The notes under the pieces were generated by a model. That model was not told where the DNA came from. It was given only the letters and a program-made list of their open reading frames with translations, and did not search any database. A program made the translations under genes and the position numbers. Shown one piece after another: positions 51,859 through 61,593 of a stretch of 64,000 nucleotides of DNA. Every line of letters starts with the position of its first letter. Position 1 is the stretch's first letter. Origin of the DNA: Candidatus Saccharimonadota bacterium (GTDB lineage Bacteria > Patescibacteriota > Saccharimonadia > CAILAD01 > BJGX01); assembly GCA_016191105.1 (NCBI GenBank), contig JACPPH010000002.1:141931-205930 (forward strand), in the 5' to 3' direction.

Positions 51859-52359
51859 CTACCTAGCATAAAAGTGTGACCATCGTCCGAGTAGTTGATA
51901 GAGAAATTTTATGGCTGGCAAGAGTAGCCAGGTCAACGCTCCAGCCACAACAGTCCGCCCCAATAGTATTAGTGCGATACTCGTCCAACCAGATACCAGT
52001 AAGAACTGTTGGGTGCCTACAACCCGAATAAAGCCGTACAGCAGACTAAAGCCACCGGCCAGCAGAATCATGACTATTACCGACGGTTCTTTTTCGCCCA
52101 GCTTAAAGACTAACTTAGATATCAACACCACCAACAAATAGTAAACCATGTGCAGACCAAAATCGCTGCCGCTATAGTAGTCTGCCAGAACTCCTGCCAG
52201 AATAGCTGGAATCAAAAGGCTGTCTAAGGGCAGCAGTACTGCCAACACAACCAGCAAGATAATGCTCAAATTCGGCCAAAGATTGCCCAGATTTGAGCCA
52301 ACAGTTACCTGAAGTAAGCCGGCAAATATTAAGACAGCAACTGCAAAAACCGTTTTCAT
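51859..52359 (-). CDS. mreD: Rod shape-determining protein MreD
   Basis: 166-aa polytopic membrane protein between PBP2 and mreC, overlapping mreC by 4 nt. Confidence 0.6.
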   Translation of the reverse strand: MKTVFAVAVLIFAGLLQVTVGSNLGNLWPNLSIILLVVLAVLLPLDSLLIPAILAGVLADYYSGSDFGLHMVYYLLVVLISKLVFKLGEKEPSVIVMILLAGGFSLLYGFIRVVGTQQFLLVSGWTSIALILLGRTVVAGALTWLLLPAIKFLYQLLGRWSHFYAR

Positions 52360-53153
52360 TGTTTCAACCCCAAAACCACAAAAACTAATTCTACTCTATT
52401 CACATCTACCAGCGGCTTTAGCTGGGCACTCTGAAACACAGCGTTGTCAGCCTTGTTAACTTGCTCTATTTGGCCAATTAGAATACCGCGTGGAACTAGG
52501 CCAGTACCGGTCGTTATAACCATCTCACCCACACCAAGACTGTCACCTTGCAAAACTTGACCAAATACATAGCCGCTACCCAGCTGGCCAGAGACAATCC
52601 CGTTGGCCCGGCCGTCTTGGGCAGTACCACGTATTTTAAACTGCGGGTCGCTTACCAAGAAAACTCTCGAGCTATAGTCATTAACCTGGTCGACCGTACC
52701 AACTAAGGCACCACTACTAACCACCGCCATACCTTTTTTTATGCCACTAGAGTTGCCTCTATCAATCGTAATATAACGCTGGGTCGTATCGACATCACTA
52801 GCCACAACTCTGGCCGGCGCCAAGTCTAGTGAAAGACTTTTATTAAACTCCAGTTGGGTGCGCAACTCTTCATTTTCGCGAGCAACTTCTTTAAGCGTAG
52901 ATAATTGCTGTTTGAGTTGCAAAATTTCATCGGCTTGACGGCCATTTTCGCGATTCAGGTTCTGAACCTTGCCCAAAAACCCAAACACGTCAGAAACCGA
53001 ACGGCCAACGCGAATTAGGCTGCGTCCGACCGGGTTAAAAATTTGATCGTGGATAATCCTAAATGGCCACAGAAACCCCAATATGTAAAGCAACATAATT
53101 AAGCCCGCAATCGCAGCCGCCACAACCACAGCAGGTGCATTTTTATTTTTCAT
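52356..53153 (-). CDS. mreC: Rod shape-determining protein MreC
   Basis: 265 aa with an N-terminal TM, a coiled coil, and beta domains. Confidence 0.8.
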   Translation of the reverse strand: MKNKNAPAVVVAAAIAGLIMLLYILGFLWPFRIIHDQIFNPVGRSLIRVGRSVSDVFGFLGKVQNLNRENGRQADEILQLKQQLSTLKEVARENEELRTQLEFNKSLSLDLAPARVVASDVDTTQRYITIDRGNSSGIKKGMAVVSSGALVGTVDQVNDYSSRVFLVSDPQFKIRGTAQDGRANGIVSGQLGSGYVFGQVLQGDSLGVGEMVITTGTGLVPRGILIGQIEQVNKADNAVFQSAQLKPLVDVNRVELVFVVLGLKQ

Positions 53154-53292
53154 GCCTTAATCCTATGGCCACGACTAAATCACGGATTTTAGTGCGATTC
53201 GAGGCGTCTATGGGCAGTGAATGTAGTCGTACTAACAGGTACGACGAACAAGCCTCGGAATTGGCAACAAAGAAGCCTGCAACATCCATGGT

Positions 53293-54345
53293 TTAGTAAG
53301 GTGCCTTCTCGTACTGGGTGCTCACCAGCACGTCTTTTAGCCTATCAATGTCTTCGAGTACCATGCCCGTACCCCGCACCACGGCGGTCAAAGGGTCTTG
53401 GGTAATGTGCACCGGCATTTTGGTTTGTTGTTCGAGCAGCTTATCGAGTCCACGCAGCAGCGCACCGCCACCAGCCAAGTAAATGCCGTGGTCCATAATG
53501 TCGGCTATTAGCTCCGGTGGTGTTTCTTCGATGGTGTGCTTAATGGAATCCACAATTGCTCGCACACTACGAGCCAGCGCCATTCGCACTTGGTCGGAAT
53601 CGATAATCATCTCTTTGGGCAGGCCAGTTACCATGTCGCGACCGCGCAGTGGCGCCTCGAGGGTTTTGTCGAGCTTTAGAGCTGAGCCGATAGTGATCTT
53701 AATGTTTTCGGCGGAGCGCTCACCCACCTGCATGTTAAATTTCTCTTTGGCATAGTTAATAATATCTTCGGTTAGCTCGTCACCCGCTATGCGAATGCTA
53801 CGACTAGCCACAATGCCGCCTAAAGATATCACCGCCACCTCGCTGGTGCCGCCACCAATATCGACAATCATATTGCCAGCGGCGTCGTGCACCTCTAGAC
53901 CAGCCCCTACTGCCGCCGCCATGGGCTCCTCGATTAAGAAAGCCTGCCTGGCGCCGGCATTGCTGGCGGCATCTTCAACAGCCCGCTTTTCGACCTCGGT
54001 AACACCCGAGGGGATGCCAATCACCACACGGGGGCGCGGGAACAGCACAAAGCTCTCACGATGCACCTTTTCGATGAAATATTTAAGCATTTGTTCGGTA
54101 ATCTCGAAATCACTCACGACACCATCAACGAGTGGACGAGTAGCTACAATATTGGCCGGGGTTTTGCCAACCATGCGTTTAGCCTCGTCACCAATTGCCA
54201 AGATCTGCTTGTTCTTTTTGTTAATGGCCACAACTGAAGGTTCGTTAATTAAAATGCCCTTGCCACGCACGTACACCAAAGTATTGGCAGTGCCAAGGTC
54301 AATGCCAATGTCGTGGCTGAATCTGCCAAGCAAAGAGTTGATCAT
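53293..54345 (-). CDS. mreB: Rod shape-determining protein MreB (paralog 2)
   Basis: Likely start at the ATG at 54345 (MINSLLGRFSHDIGIDLGTANT...), 6 nt after GGGGGTGG; the track ORF is 10 codons longer. Conserved actin-fold motifs throughout. Confidence 0.9.
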   Translation of the reverse strand: MINSLLGRFSHDIGIDLGTANTLVYVRGKGILINEPSVVAINKKNKQILAIGDEAKRMVGKTPANIVATRPLVDGVVSDFEITEQMLKYFIEKVHRESFVLFPRPRVVIGIPSGVTEVEKRAVEDAASNAGARQAFLIEEPMAAAVGAGLEVHDAAGNMIVDIGGGTSEVAVISLGGIVASRSIRIAGDELTEDIINYAKEKFNMQVGERSAENIKITIGSALKLDKTLEAPLRGRDMVTGLPKEMIIDSDQVRMALARSVRAIVDSIKHTIEETPPELIADIMDHGIYLAGGGALLRGLDKLLEQQTKMPVHITQDPLTAVVRGTGMVLEDIDRLKDVLVSTQYEKAPY

Positions 54346-54567
54346 GCGCATCCACCCCCAAGTTTCAGTGCGCATAATTCAAAAATATCCAAATTGTTTT
54401 TCTGCCAACGTTGGATCATGTAATTATAGTGTAACAAGCTACAAGGGCTGGTACTAGATAAAATCAGGTTTAAATTGCGTAGAAATGAAGAAGGGGCCCG
54501 AAGACCAGTGGTCGCGATGATCTCGCGAACCCCTTCTTCAGACCCCTGTGGGGACTGTCCCGTGCTA

Positions 54568-55374
54568 CTAGTCCGACCAGACTTCCGGTGCGCTGTGCCG
54601 GGTTTGCCGGGCGCCATGCCAGTCGGTCTCGAGCAGAACCCGATTGCTGGCCAAGTTCCACTCCAGACGAGGAACCCCCACCCATGTGCCGTCTGGCAGG
54701 CAGAGCTCATAGCCAGCCATCTCGACGTAGGGCAGACGCTTGCCATCCTGCTGCTGAAGCAGCTTGGGGTGGTAGGCGTAGGCCGCCAAGACCTCAGCGT
54801 GGGCCAAGTTCCTGGACTTCTTCTCGGATCGCTGACAGATGTTGCCAACCATCCGACCTTTCGAGGGCTCCCAGTTCGCCAACAGATCGATGTGGACCAG
54901 GTGGATGCCCCGCTCGTAGTTGCACGCAGAGGAGTTGAGACGGAGATGATCCGCATCGGCGCACATACGTTCGGCACGAGTGTTGTCATGATCAACGCGG
55001 ATCACTCGCCACCACGTCTCGAAGGTGGCATCGGGCGAGCCGAGGTCGACATAGAGCAGCAACAGGTCGTCGATCTGTTGCGCATGCTCCAGATCGTCCT
55101 CACTGAAGACACGCTCGAAGTCCTCGTCGCTGAGGGCGTAGTTCCAATACCCGGCGTTGTATTCACGCAGGAGCGCCATCTGCTCATGGATTGTCAACAG
55201 CTGAGCGTTGTAGCGGTCATACAGGCCCTCAACCGAGAACTTGCCGTCCACCAGAGCTTGCAGCCCCGCGATTGCCTCGTCAGCTGGACGCTTGCCACTC
55301 TTGACGAATTCGAAGAGGCGGTTGTACACCACCCCCAGGTCGCCGAGCTCCTGTCGTGTAGCTCTCTTGGCCAT
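54568..55374 (-). CDS. GC-rich block 2: 268-aa protein of unknown function
   Basis: ATG at 55374 after AAAGGAGG. About 65% GC with GC3 codons. Helical N-terminus and an alpha/beta C-terminal domain with a conserved His (GIHLVHIDLLANWEP). A nested hairpin GAAGAAGGGG...CCCCTTCTTC (54487-54539) lies downstream. Confidence 0.5.
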   Translation of the reverse strand: MAKRATRQELGDLGVVYNRLFEFVKSGKRPADEAIAGLQALVDGKFSVEGLYDRYNAQLLTIHEQMALLREYNAGYWNYALSDEDFERVFSEDDLEHAQQIDDLLLLYVDLGSPDATFETWWRVIRVDHDNTRAERMCADADHLRLNSSACNYERGIHLVHIDLLANWEPSKGRMVGNICQRSEKKSRNLAHAEVLAAYAYHPKLLQQQDGKRLPYVEMAGYELCLPDGTWVGVPRLEWNLASNRVLLETDWHGARQTRHSAPEVWSD

Positions 55375-55503
55375 CTTAATGGCCTCCTTTGCCGGTGTTC
55401 ATCCACGCTTACACTGTGTCGTGCATCGTGGTCTCAAGCCTCAGCTTGAGAGCGGCGCTTTATAGTTAAAAACGTTAACCACCATGCTTCTGTCAAGGTC
55501 TTG

Positions 55504-56379
55504 TTATCTGATCCAACCGGCAAGCAAAGCAAAAGCCAGCAAGTTGTTGAGCATGTGCAAAAATATGCCAGGAACAATGCTTTTGAGCCGCATATACATT
55601 AAACTCAAGAACATACCCAGCAAGAAAGTATAAATAATTACATTGGGCTGAAAGTGCAAAACAGCAAACAATATGCTGCTACCAGCCGCCCCAATTAACC
55701 AACCCCAGCGGCGCACCAAGGTTGGCAAAATCACCCCCCGAAAGTATATCTCCTCGACTATAGGCACGATTACTACGGTCGAGGTAAAACTAAATGCTAG
55801 TCCTGCCCCTGACTTGCCAAATTCAAAGCCCACAGCCTGAGGTGCATCGGCATTAAAGCTTGGCCAAAGCACTTTTATAGCCACATAGCTGATTGCCACT
55901 AAAACGACTGTTAATATGTAGAACAATACAACATATCCGGCCGAGTTCAGTGGCTTAAACTTACGCAAGCCAAAGTCAACTAGCTTAAGCCCGTATTTTT
56001 GCTTTAACATGAGCAAAACCAGGAATTCGATGGCTACGGTAATCAGCGTGAGGCTCACCCCAGACCAATACGGGTCGGTAACAAAAAAACTACTTAAAAA
56101 GCCTGGGAGCAAGCGGCTTTTAGCCAAAATAATAAGCATAATATAAAAACCAACCGGCAAGGCAACTATCATTGCCAGCGCCTTGGCGGCATCGCGCAGC
56201 CGCCAAGCTACGCCGGCAATCGCAAGATCTTTGCGCAAGGGATCCATGGCTTTATTATAGCCGAATGCACCTAGATGTTTTAGCGGCATTACAGCAAACA
56301 GGAAGCCAAAGAGGTTGGTGTGCTCCATGTTCGAGGACTGTTTGAGCATAAGTGAGTTCCGTAGAGCTGGAAGCAACAA
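55504..56379 (-). CDS. CPBP (CAAX) family intramembrane metalloprotease
   Basis: 291 aa, polytopic, with EEIYFRG and LHF...N motifs. Confidence 0.7.
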   Translation of the reverse strand: MLLPALRNSLMLKQSSNMEHTNLFGFLFAVMPLKHLGAFGYNKAMDPLRKDLAIAGVAWRLRDAAKALAMIVALPVGFYIMLIILAKSRLLPGFLSSFFVTDPYWSGVSLTLITVAIEFLVLLMLKQKYGLKLVDFGLRKFKPLNSAGYVVLFYILTVVLVAISYVAIKVLWPSFNADAPQAVGFEFGKSGAGLAFSFTSTVVIVPIVEEIYFRGVILPTLVRRWGWLIGAAGSSILFAVLHFQPNVIIYTFLLGMFLSLMYMRLKSIVPGIFLHMLNNLLAFALLAGWIR

Positions 56380-56547
56380 GCTCTTTGGTGCTCTTGACTA
56401 GCGTCCATGCCGGCAGTTTTGGCTTAACTTTTTGCTGTCAAAAAGTAAGTCGGCCATTCGGCCGAAACTGAGTCTTGCGCTGTCCGCGCGGGACTTCTTT
56501 GAGTGAGCAAAGAAGCAAACTCACCGACATGGGCTCAAATCTAGAAT

Positions 56548-56627
56548 CACAAAGTTGTCTTCACTTTCTGTTCTGCGACAGAGACGGCACTCGTGCTCGA
56601 ACAGAAGCATTCAGACAACTTTGCTTT
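56548..56627 (-). ncRNA. Candidate structured RNA / complex terminator in the 280-bp gap between rseP and the CPBP protease gene
   Basis: Nested inverted repeats: CAAAGTTGTC...GACAACTTTG (10 bp) enclosing TTCTGTTC...GAACAGAA (8 bp), with an additional GTCC-GCGCG-GGAC hairpin upstream. No ORF. Confidence 0.3.
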
Positions 56628-56658
56628 CTGATTTTCGAATGTCGGAGAACTACGGTAA

Positions 56659-57738
56659 TTAGCGCAGTCGGTTTATGTCAGATATACTCACTACAATCAG
56701 CAGTATAATTAAGGCTGCAAAACCCAAAACGTGCACCAGGTTTTCGCGCGCCGGAGTAATCTTAACTCCAACCCGGCGCAAGATTATCAGTAGCTCTCGG
56801 CCACCATCAAGCGCCGGTAGTGGCAGGGCATTTATTACCGCTAGGCTCAATGATATCGAGGCCACAAACACCAATATGTAGCGCCAGCCAAACTGAATGA
56901 TCTGCGAGAAGATCGAGACAATACCAATTGGCCCAGCTACCTGCTCACTGACCTTGGCTTGAGTAAACAGACCGACAATTAGGCCAGCAAAAGCACCTAT
57001 TGTGGCCTCAACAAGCTGCCAAACCACCACCACCGCGGCAACCGGTGCCTGCCACCATGAATAACGCATAAGCTGCAAACTATCTGAGGCCACGCCTAAG
57101 TTGCCCTTGTTTGGATCGGTACCGAGTGTCGCTGTTGCCGTGTGCTCGCCCTGCGAGTTCTTGTAAACCAGAGTTATCTGTTGTCCGCCATGAGATTTGG
57201 TAAAGTCCTGCAACTGCTGATTGCTACTCAACATCTGGCCATTCACAGAAACCAGTTGGTCGGCCGTCTTGAGGCCGGAGCGGGCGGCGGCCGAGTTGGG
57301 CGTTACGGCCAAAACCGTTAGCTTGGCCTCGCCAATAGGTGCGGGCTGAATCGGGCCGAAACTTGGTAAGCCGCTTGGCAGCAATGGCGGCATGCCAACA
57401 ATAAGTAGAAATGTAATCAATAAATAAGCAATCAAAAGATTCATGGTAACGCCTGCCATTACGATCTTGGTCTTTACCCAAGCCGACTTGCTGGCAAAAC
57501 TGTCGGCACCCTTGGCCTCGCCATCTTCGCCTTTGAGGCGCACAAAGCCACCAATTGGAAAGGTGTTTATGCTAAACAAGGTACCGTTACTCTTACGACC
57601 CCATAGCCGCGGCGGAAAACCAACGCCAAACTCATCGACTTTTACGCCGTTGCGGCGGGCAGCCTTATAGTGCCCCCATTCATGAGCAATCACTAATACC
57701 GAGAACACCAACAGAACCAGAACAATCGTTAAGATCAT
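56659..57738 (-). CDS. rseP: Site-2 protease RseP/RasP with PDZ domain
   Basis: 359 aa with an HEWGHY zinc motif, a PDZ domain, and a C-terminal LDGG motif. Confidence 0.85.
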   Translation of the reverse strand: MILTIVLVLLVFSVLVIAHEWGHYKAARRNGVKVDEFGVGFPPRLWGRKSNGTLFSINTFPIGGFVRLKGEDGEAKGADSFASKSAWVKTKIVMAGVTMNLLIAYLLITFLLIVGMPPLLPSGLPSFGPIQPAPIGEAKLTVLAVTPNSAAARSGLKTADQLVSVNGQMLSSNQQLQDFTKSHGGQQITLVYKNSQGEHTATATLGTDPNKGNLGVASDSLQLMRYSWWQAPVAAVVVVWQLVEATIGAFAGLIVGLFTQAKVSEQVAGPIGIVSIFSQIIQFGWRYILVFVASISLSLAVINALPLPALDGGRELLIILRRVGVKITPARENLVHVLGFAALIILLIVVSISDINRLR

Positions 57739-58436
57739 TTGCCCCCACCATAGCGTCGTTCGCGGCCATTAAAGTCGTCGATCACATTATCGAGCCAGGC
57801 TACATCGAAGTCTGGCCAGTAAGCCGGCACAAAATTTAGCTCAGAGTAGGCACTGTCCCAAAGCAAGAAGTTACTCAGCCGTTGCTCGCCGCTAGTTCGC
57901 ACTATTAGGTCTGGTGCGGGTGTATCGTGAGTAAAAAGGTGGCTTTTTATTACCTCTTCATCCACTTTGTCGGCGCTGATCTTGGAATCAACAATCTCCT
58001 TAACCGCCATTACGATCTCTTGCTGACCACCATAGTTAAAGCACAGATTCAACGTGCCAGCAGTGTTTTTGGCAGTTTTGCTCTCGGTTTCGTCGATGGC
58101 TTGTTGCAGCTTCGCACTCAAACGCTCACGAAAGCCCCAAAATCTGATTCGCACGCCCTTGCTATTAAGCTCTTCGAGATCTTGAGTAAAAATCCGATAA
58201 GCCAGGTTCATTAAATATGACACCTCGGCTTCTTGTCGGTTCCAGTTTTCGGTCGAAAATATGTAAGCACCCACCTGGGCAATACCTCGATCAAAACAGG
58301 CTAGGGCAATCTCTTTGAGGCGTTCGTAGCCAGCCTTGTGGCCGTCGAGCTTGGACAATCCACGCTCAACTGCCCAACGGCGGTTACCATCGACAATAAA
58401 GGCAATATGGTTTAGCTGGCTTTTGGCTTTGGCCAT
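57735..58436 (-). CDS. uppS: Undecaprenyl diphosphate synthase
   Basis: 233 aa with DGNRRWA and LWDSAYSE(L) motifs. Confidence 0.9.
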   Translation of the reverse strand: MAKAKSQLNHIAFIVDGNRRWAVERGLSKLDGHKAGYERLKEIALACFDRGIAQVGAYIFSTENWNRQEAEVSYLMNLAYRIFTQDLEELNSKGVRIRFWGFRERLSAKLQQAIDETESKTAKNTAGTLNLCFNYGGQQEIVMAVKEIVDSKISADKVDEEVIKSHLFTHDTPAPDLIVRTSGEQRLSNFLLWDSAYSELNFVPAYWPDFDVAWLDNVIDDFNGRERRYGGGK

Positions 58437-58449
58437 ACTGGGGCTTTGG

Positions 58450-59010
58450 CTAGATAGCCATTAGCTCCTTTTCTTTGACCTCAACGGCCTCAGAAACCTT
58501 GCCCTGATAACGTTCAATCAAAGAATTCAAATCCTTTTCAACTCGAATTAGGTCATCCTCGGTAATTTTTTTGGCCTTGGAATCCGATTTAGCCTCATTC
58601 AAAACTTCGTGGCGCCCGTTACGCATACTCACATTGGCTTCTTCAGCTTTTTGACCTAGTAACTTAACCATTTGTGAGCGAGTTTCTTCGCTCATTGGCG
58701 GAATGTTCAGTCGCAGCGTGTGGCCATCGCTACTCGGGTTTAACCCTAGGGCCTGGTGTTCACGAATGGCCTTGTCGATTGCACTTAAATTAGCCTGATC
58801 CCAGGGTTGAATTTGAATGGTTTTGGCATCGGGCGTGGTGATCGTAGCCAAACCCTTAATGGGCATGGATTGGCCATAAACCTCAACCTTAATGCTGTCC
58901 ACCAAGCCGGCATTAGCCCGGCCCGAGCGCAGCCCAGCTAGATCACCTTCCAGGTGCTCTAAGGCGGCCTTCATTTTGGTTTCAGCAGCGTTTAAGTACT
59001 GTTGATTCAT
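58450..59010 (-). CDS. frr: Ribosome recycling factor
   Basis: 186 aa with typical RRF sequence. Confidence 0.9.
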   Translation of the reverse strand: MNQQYLNAAETKMKAALEHLEGDLAGLRSGRANAGLVDSIKVEVYGQSMPIKGLATITTPDAKTIQIQPWDQANLSAIDKAIREHQALGLNPSSDGHTLRLNIPPMSEETRSQMVKLLGQKAEEANVSMRNGRHEVLNEAKSDSKAKKITEDDLIRVEKDLNSLIERYQGKVSEAVEVKEKELMAI

Positions 59011-59018
59011 GCTGGTTA

Positions 59019-59633
59019 TTATACCGCAAGCGTTGGTTGGTCGCCACCAAGGCTTAGGCGTACAAAGCGTCGAATCACAATGTTTTCACCTAGCTTAGCC
59101 ACTAGAGCTTGGCGCATCTGTTCGATGGTTTGCTCAGGATCTTTTACAAATTTTTGATCGCTTAAGCAGACAGCCTCGTAGTATTTGTTAAGCTTGCCCT
59201 CAACAATTTTGTCGGCGTGCTCGGCTGGTTTGCCGCTGGCCACCACCTCTTTTTTAATAACTTCTTTTTCTTTCTCTATCACATCTTCGGGCACCGATTC
59301 TTGGTTCAAGTAGACCGGCTCGGCAGCGGCTATGTGCATGGCCAGATCGTGAGTAAAGGCTTTAAAGTCGTCGGTGCGGGCTACAAAGTCGGTTTCGCAA
59401 GCCACTTCAACTAGCACACCAATCTTGCCACCATGAATGTAGCTTTCAATTACACCATTTTCGGCCGCTCGATCAGCCTTTTTGGCGGCTTTGGCCAAGC
59501 CTTTGAGGCGTAAAACTTCGAGGGCCTTGTCGTAGTTACCCTTAGCTTCTTCGAGTGCAGCTTTGGCATCCATCATGCCCGCCCCGGTGGCTTCGCGAAT
59601 CTTTTTTACATCGTCGATACTAAAATCGGCCAT
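59019..59633 (-). CDS. tsf: Elongation factor Ts (short form)
   Basis: 204 aa with an N-terminal UBA-like motif (IREATGAGMMDAKAALEEAKGN). Confidence 0.85.
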   Translation of the reverse strand: MADFSIDDVKKIREATGAGMMDAKAALEEAKGNYDKALEVLRLKGLAKAAKKADRAAENGVIESYIHGGKIGVLVEVACETDFVARTDDFKAFTHDLAMHIAAAEPVYLNQESVPEDVIEKEKEVIKKEVVASGKPAEHADKIVEGKLNKYYEAVCLSDQKFVKDPEQTIEQMRQALVAKLGENIVIRRFVRLSLGGDQPTLAV

Positions 59634-60481
59634 TACTTCTCCTCCTTTGTAGCAACTTTGGCGGCCTCCATATCTGCATCTTTGGCGGCTTTGGCCCTGT
59701 AGGCCTCGTGGCCAACTCGGGCAGCCTCGGCAATTTTTGTAGTAATTAGTGTAACGGCCTTAATGGCGTCATCGTTAGCTGGAATGGGGTGCTCCACTCG
59801 GTCAGGATCAGCGTTGGTGTCGCAAATAGCAACCACCGGTATGCCTAGCTTGTGAGCCTCGGCAATGGCAATGTCCTCACGCGGCATATCAACTACAAAC
59901 AGTGCCGCTGGCACGGTGTCCATGTCGACCACGCCACCAAAGATCTTTTCAAGATTTTCGAGCTCTTTTAGATTCTTAGAGCGGTCTTTTTTGCTCATGT
60001 CGGCAAAGTCGTTTTCGACTTGTTGAGAGCGCAACTTCTTCATGCGCAACACGCGCTTGCGGATAGTTTCTAGATTGGTTAGCATGCCACCCAGCCAGCG
60101 CTGATTTACATAGGGCATCTCGGCACCCGCGGCCGCTTTAGCCAAGACATCTTTGGCCTGGCGTTTGGTGCCAACAAATAAAACGTTGCCGCCACGTTTA
60201 GTGACGTCTTCGATGAACTTTTCGGCACTCTTTAGAGCCTCGGCAGTTTTGGTGAGATCCAAAATGTGCACCCCGCCTCGAGCAGTGTAAATAAATTCAC
60301 CCATTTTGGGGTTCCAGCGAGCCGTTTGGTGACCAAAATGAGCCCCGGCCTCGAGTAGCTCGCGCAAGATTGGGTCAATCTTTGTCGTTGTTTTTTTGGT
60401 GGCTGGCTTTGCAGCAGCAGTTTTGACTGTAGACGTTTTGGGCGCAGCTTTTTTAGTAGCTGCAGTTGTTTTTTCGCTCAT
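59633..60481 (-). CDS. rpsB: 30S ribosomal protein S2
   Basis: 282 aa; an Ala/Lys-rich N-terminal extension followed by a conserved uS2 core. Confidence 0.9.
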   Translation of the reverse strand: MSEKTTAATKKAAPKTSTVKTAAAKPATKKTTTKIDPILRELLEAGAHFGHQTARWNPKMGEFIYTARGGVHILDLTKTAEALKSAEKFIEDVTKRGGNVLFVGTKRQAKDVLAKAAAGAEMPYVNQRWLGGMLTNLETIRKRVLRMKKLRSQQVENDFADMSKKDRSKNLKELENLEKIFGGVVDMDTVPAALFVVDMPREDIAIAEAHKLGIPVVAICDTNADPDRVEHPIPANDDAIKAVTLITTKIAEAARVGHEAYRAKAAKDADMEAAKVATKEEK

Positions 60482-60680
60482 ATTTCTCCTTGATAGCCTC
60501 GCTGCAGTATCCCAGTTGGGAGGAGCTTGCTGCAGGTGCGTGATTTAATACATTTAAGTGCAATAATTGTAACAGATAGGCTTAAGATGGTCAAAAGCTT
60601 CATAAAATGACGAAAGCCCCCGGCGAGGGAGTCAGAGACTCTCGTCGAGGGCTGTTGGTGTTCTTCGAGCTCGAGTGGGC

Positions 60681-61163
60681 TCAGGCCGGCACGAGGAGTT
60701 CGAATTCCTGAGTGACCGGGTTAAACCGGCGGAGGTTCTCGAGCTTTGGAACCTCGGGGAGGAGCTCGAGCGTGCCGGGCGGAAGACGAATGTTGTCCGC
60801 CGAGATCAGCACGAAGTCCATGAAGATCATCTTGTAGTCACCCAAGGGGCGCACAAGCTCTTCGAGACGCTTCGAGTGACCATCTCCCTCATCGAACAGG
60901 TTGAGGAAGGCATAGGCCCGAGACTGGCGCTGCGAAAGCAGAGGGGATCCTTCTCGCCGAACGCGACCAAGCTCCTTGGTGAAGGCGCCATAGTCATCGA
61001 TCCCCAGCGGGATAACGAAGCCCATTTGGCCCGAGTTCTCAGGGTTCCTCTCAGGATCAAACCCCAACCCGAACACGAACACCGCGCCGAAGGTCACGGC
61101 AACGAACCTCGCCACTGCGTACCCTTCATGCTCGCCTTGGCGGCGAAATTGCTGTGGCTCCAT
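60681..61163 (-). CDS. GC-rich block 3a: 160-aa protein of unknown function
   Basis: ATG at 61163 after GAAAGGGG. About 65% GC. A hairpin with a T-tract (60622-60660) lies downstream. No motif recognised. Confidence 0.45.
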   Translation of the reverse strand: MEPQQFRRQGEHEGYAVARFVAVTFGAVFVFGLGFDPERNPENSGQMGFVIPLGIDDYGAFTKELGRVRREGSPLLSQRQSRAYAFLNLFDEGDGHSKRLEELVRPLGDYKMIFMDFVLISADNIRLPPGTLELLPEVPKLENLRRFNPVTQEFELLVPA

Positions 61164-61206
61164 TGGGGAACCCCTTTCTGTCGAAGATCAGAAACACAGT
61201 ATACCA

Positions 61207-61497
61207 CTAACGGTGTTGCTTGTCAATGGTACTTAATGCCTCCCAGATTACATCAAATTTGGCCTGGAGATCGGCTCGATACCAATCAGGGCGCTTAGAG
61301 GCCCAACAGAACTGGTCGACCGCTACAATCCAGCACATCTGGAGCTGTGTTTGGGACAGTACTTTACACGCAGTCTGTGCAAAAACCTCCCACAGAGGCT
61401 CTAATTCACCCAAAGGGCAGGTTTTACGCAGCACCGACTTCAGTTCTCGCTTTCCAGGAAGCTTAACCTGGTCCATATCAAAACTGCTCACTTTCAC
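61207..61497 (-). CDS. Small Trp/Cys-rich hypothetical protein (mid-GC segment between blocks 3a and 3b)
   Basis: 96-aa ORF with a GTG/ATG start. A TATAAT sits at about 61520. GC is about 50%, unlike the flanking GC-rich blocks. Weak support. Confidence 0.3.
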   Translation of the reverse strand: MKVSSFDMDQVKLPGKRELKSVLRKTCPLGELEPLWEVFAQTACKVLSQTQLQMCWIVAVDQFCWASKRPDWYRADLQAKFDVIWEALSTIDKQHR

Positions 61498-61548
61498 TCC
61501 GCCGGGAATGAGTGTGACAGTAAGATTATACTCCTAAAATGGCAAATG

Positions 61549-61564
61549 CCCCCAGAACTGGGGG
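61549..61564 (-). terminator. Rho-independent terminator after the block 3b gene
   Basis: CCCCCAG-AA-CTGGGGG with a 7-bp GC stem, followed on the transcribed strand by CATTTGCCATTTT. Confidence 0.55.
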
Positions 61565-61593
61565 CGTCTGCCTCCATCCTGAGGGCTTGCGTA

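Noticed and set aside
54342-55449. ORFs 54342..54995 (-), 54475..55449 (+) and 54588..54938 (+) in block 2
   Set aside because: Same GC-rich shadow-ORF artefact. They overlap the well-supported 54568..55374 gene, which has a canonical ribosome-binding site and terminator.
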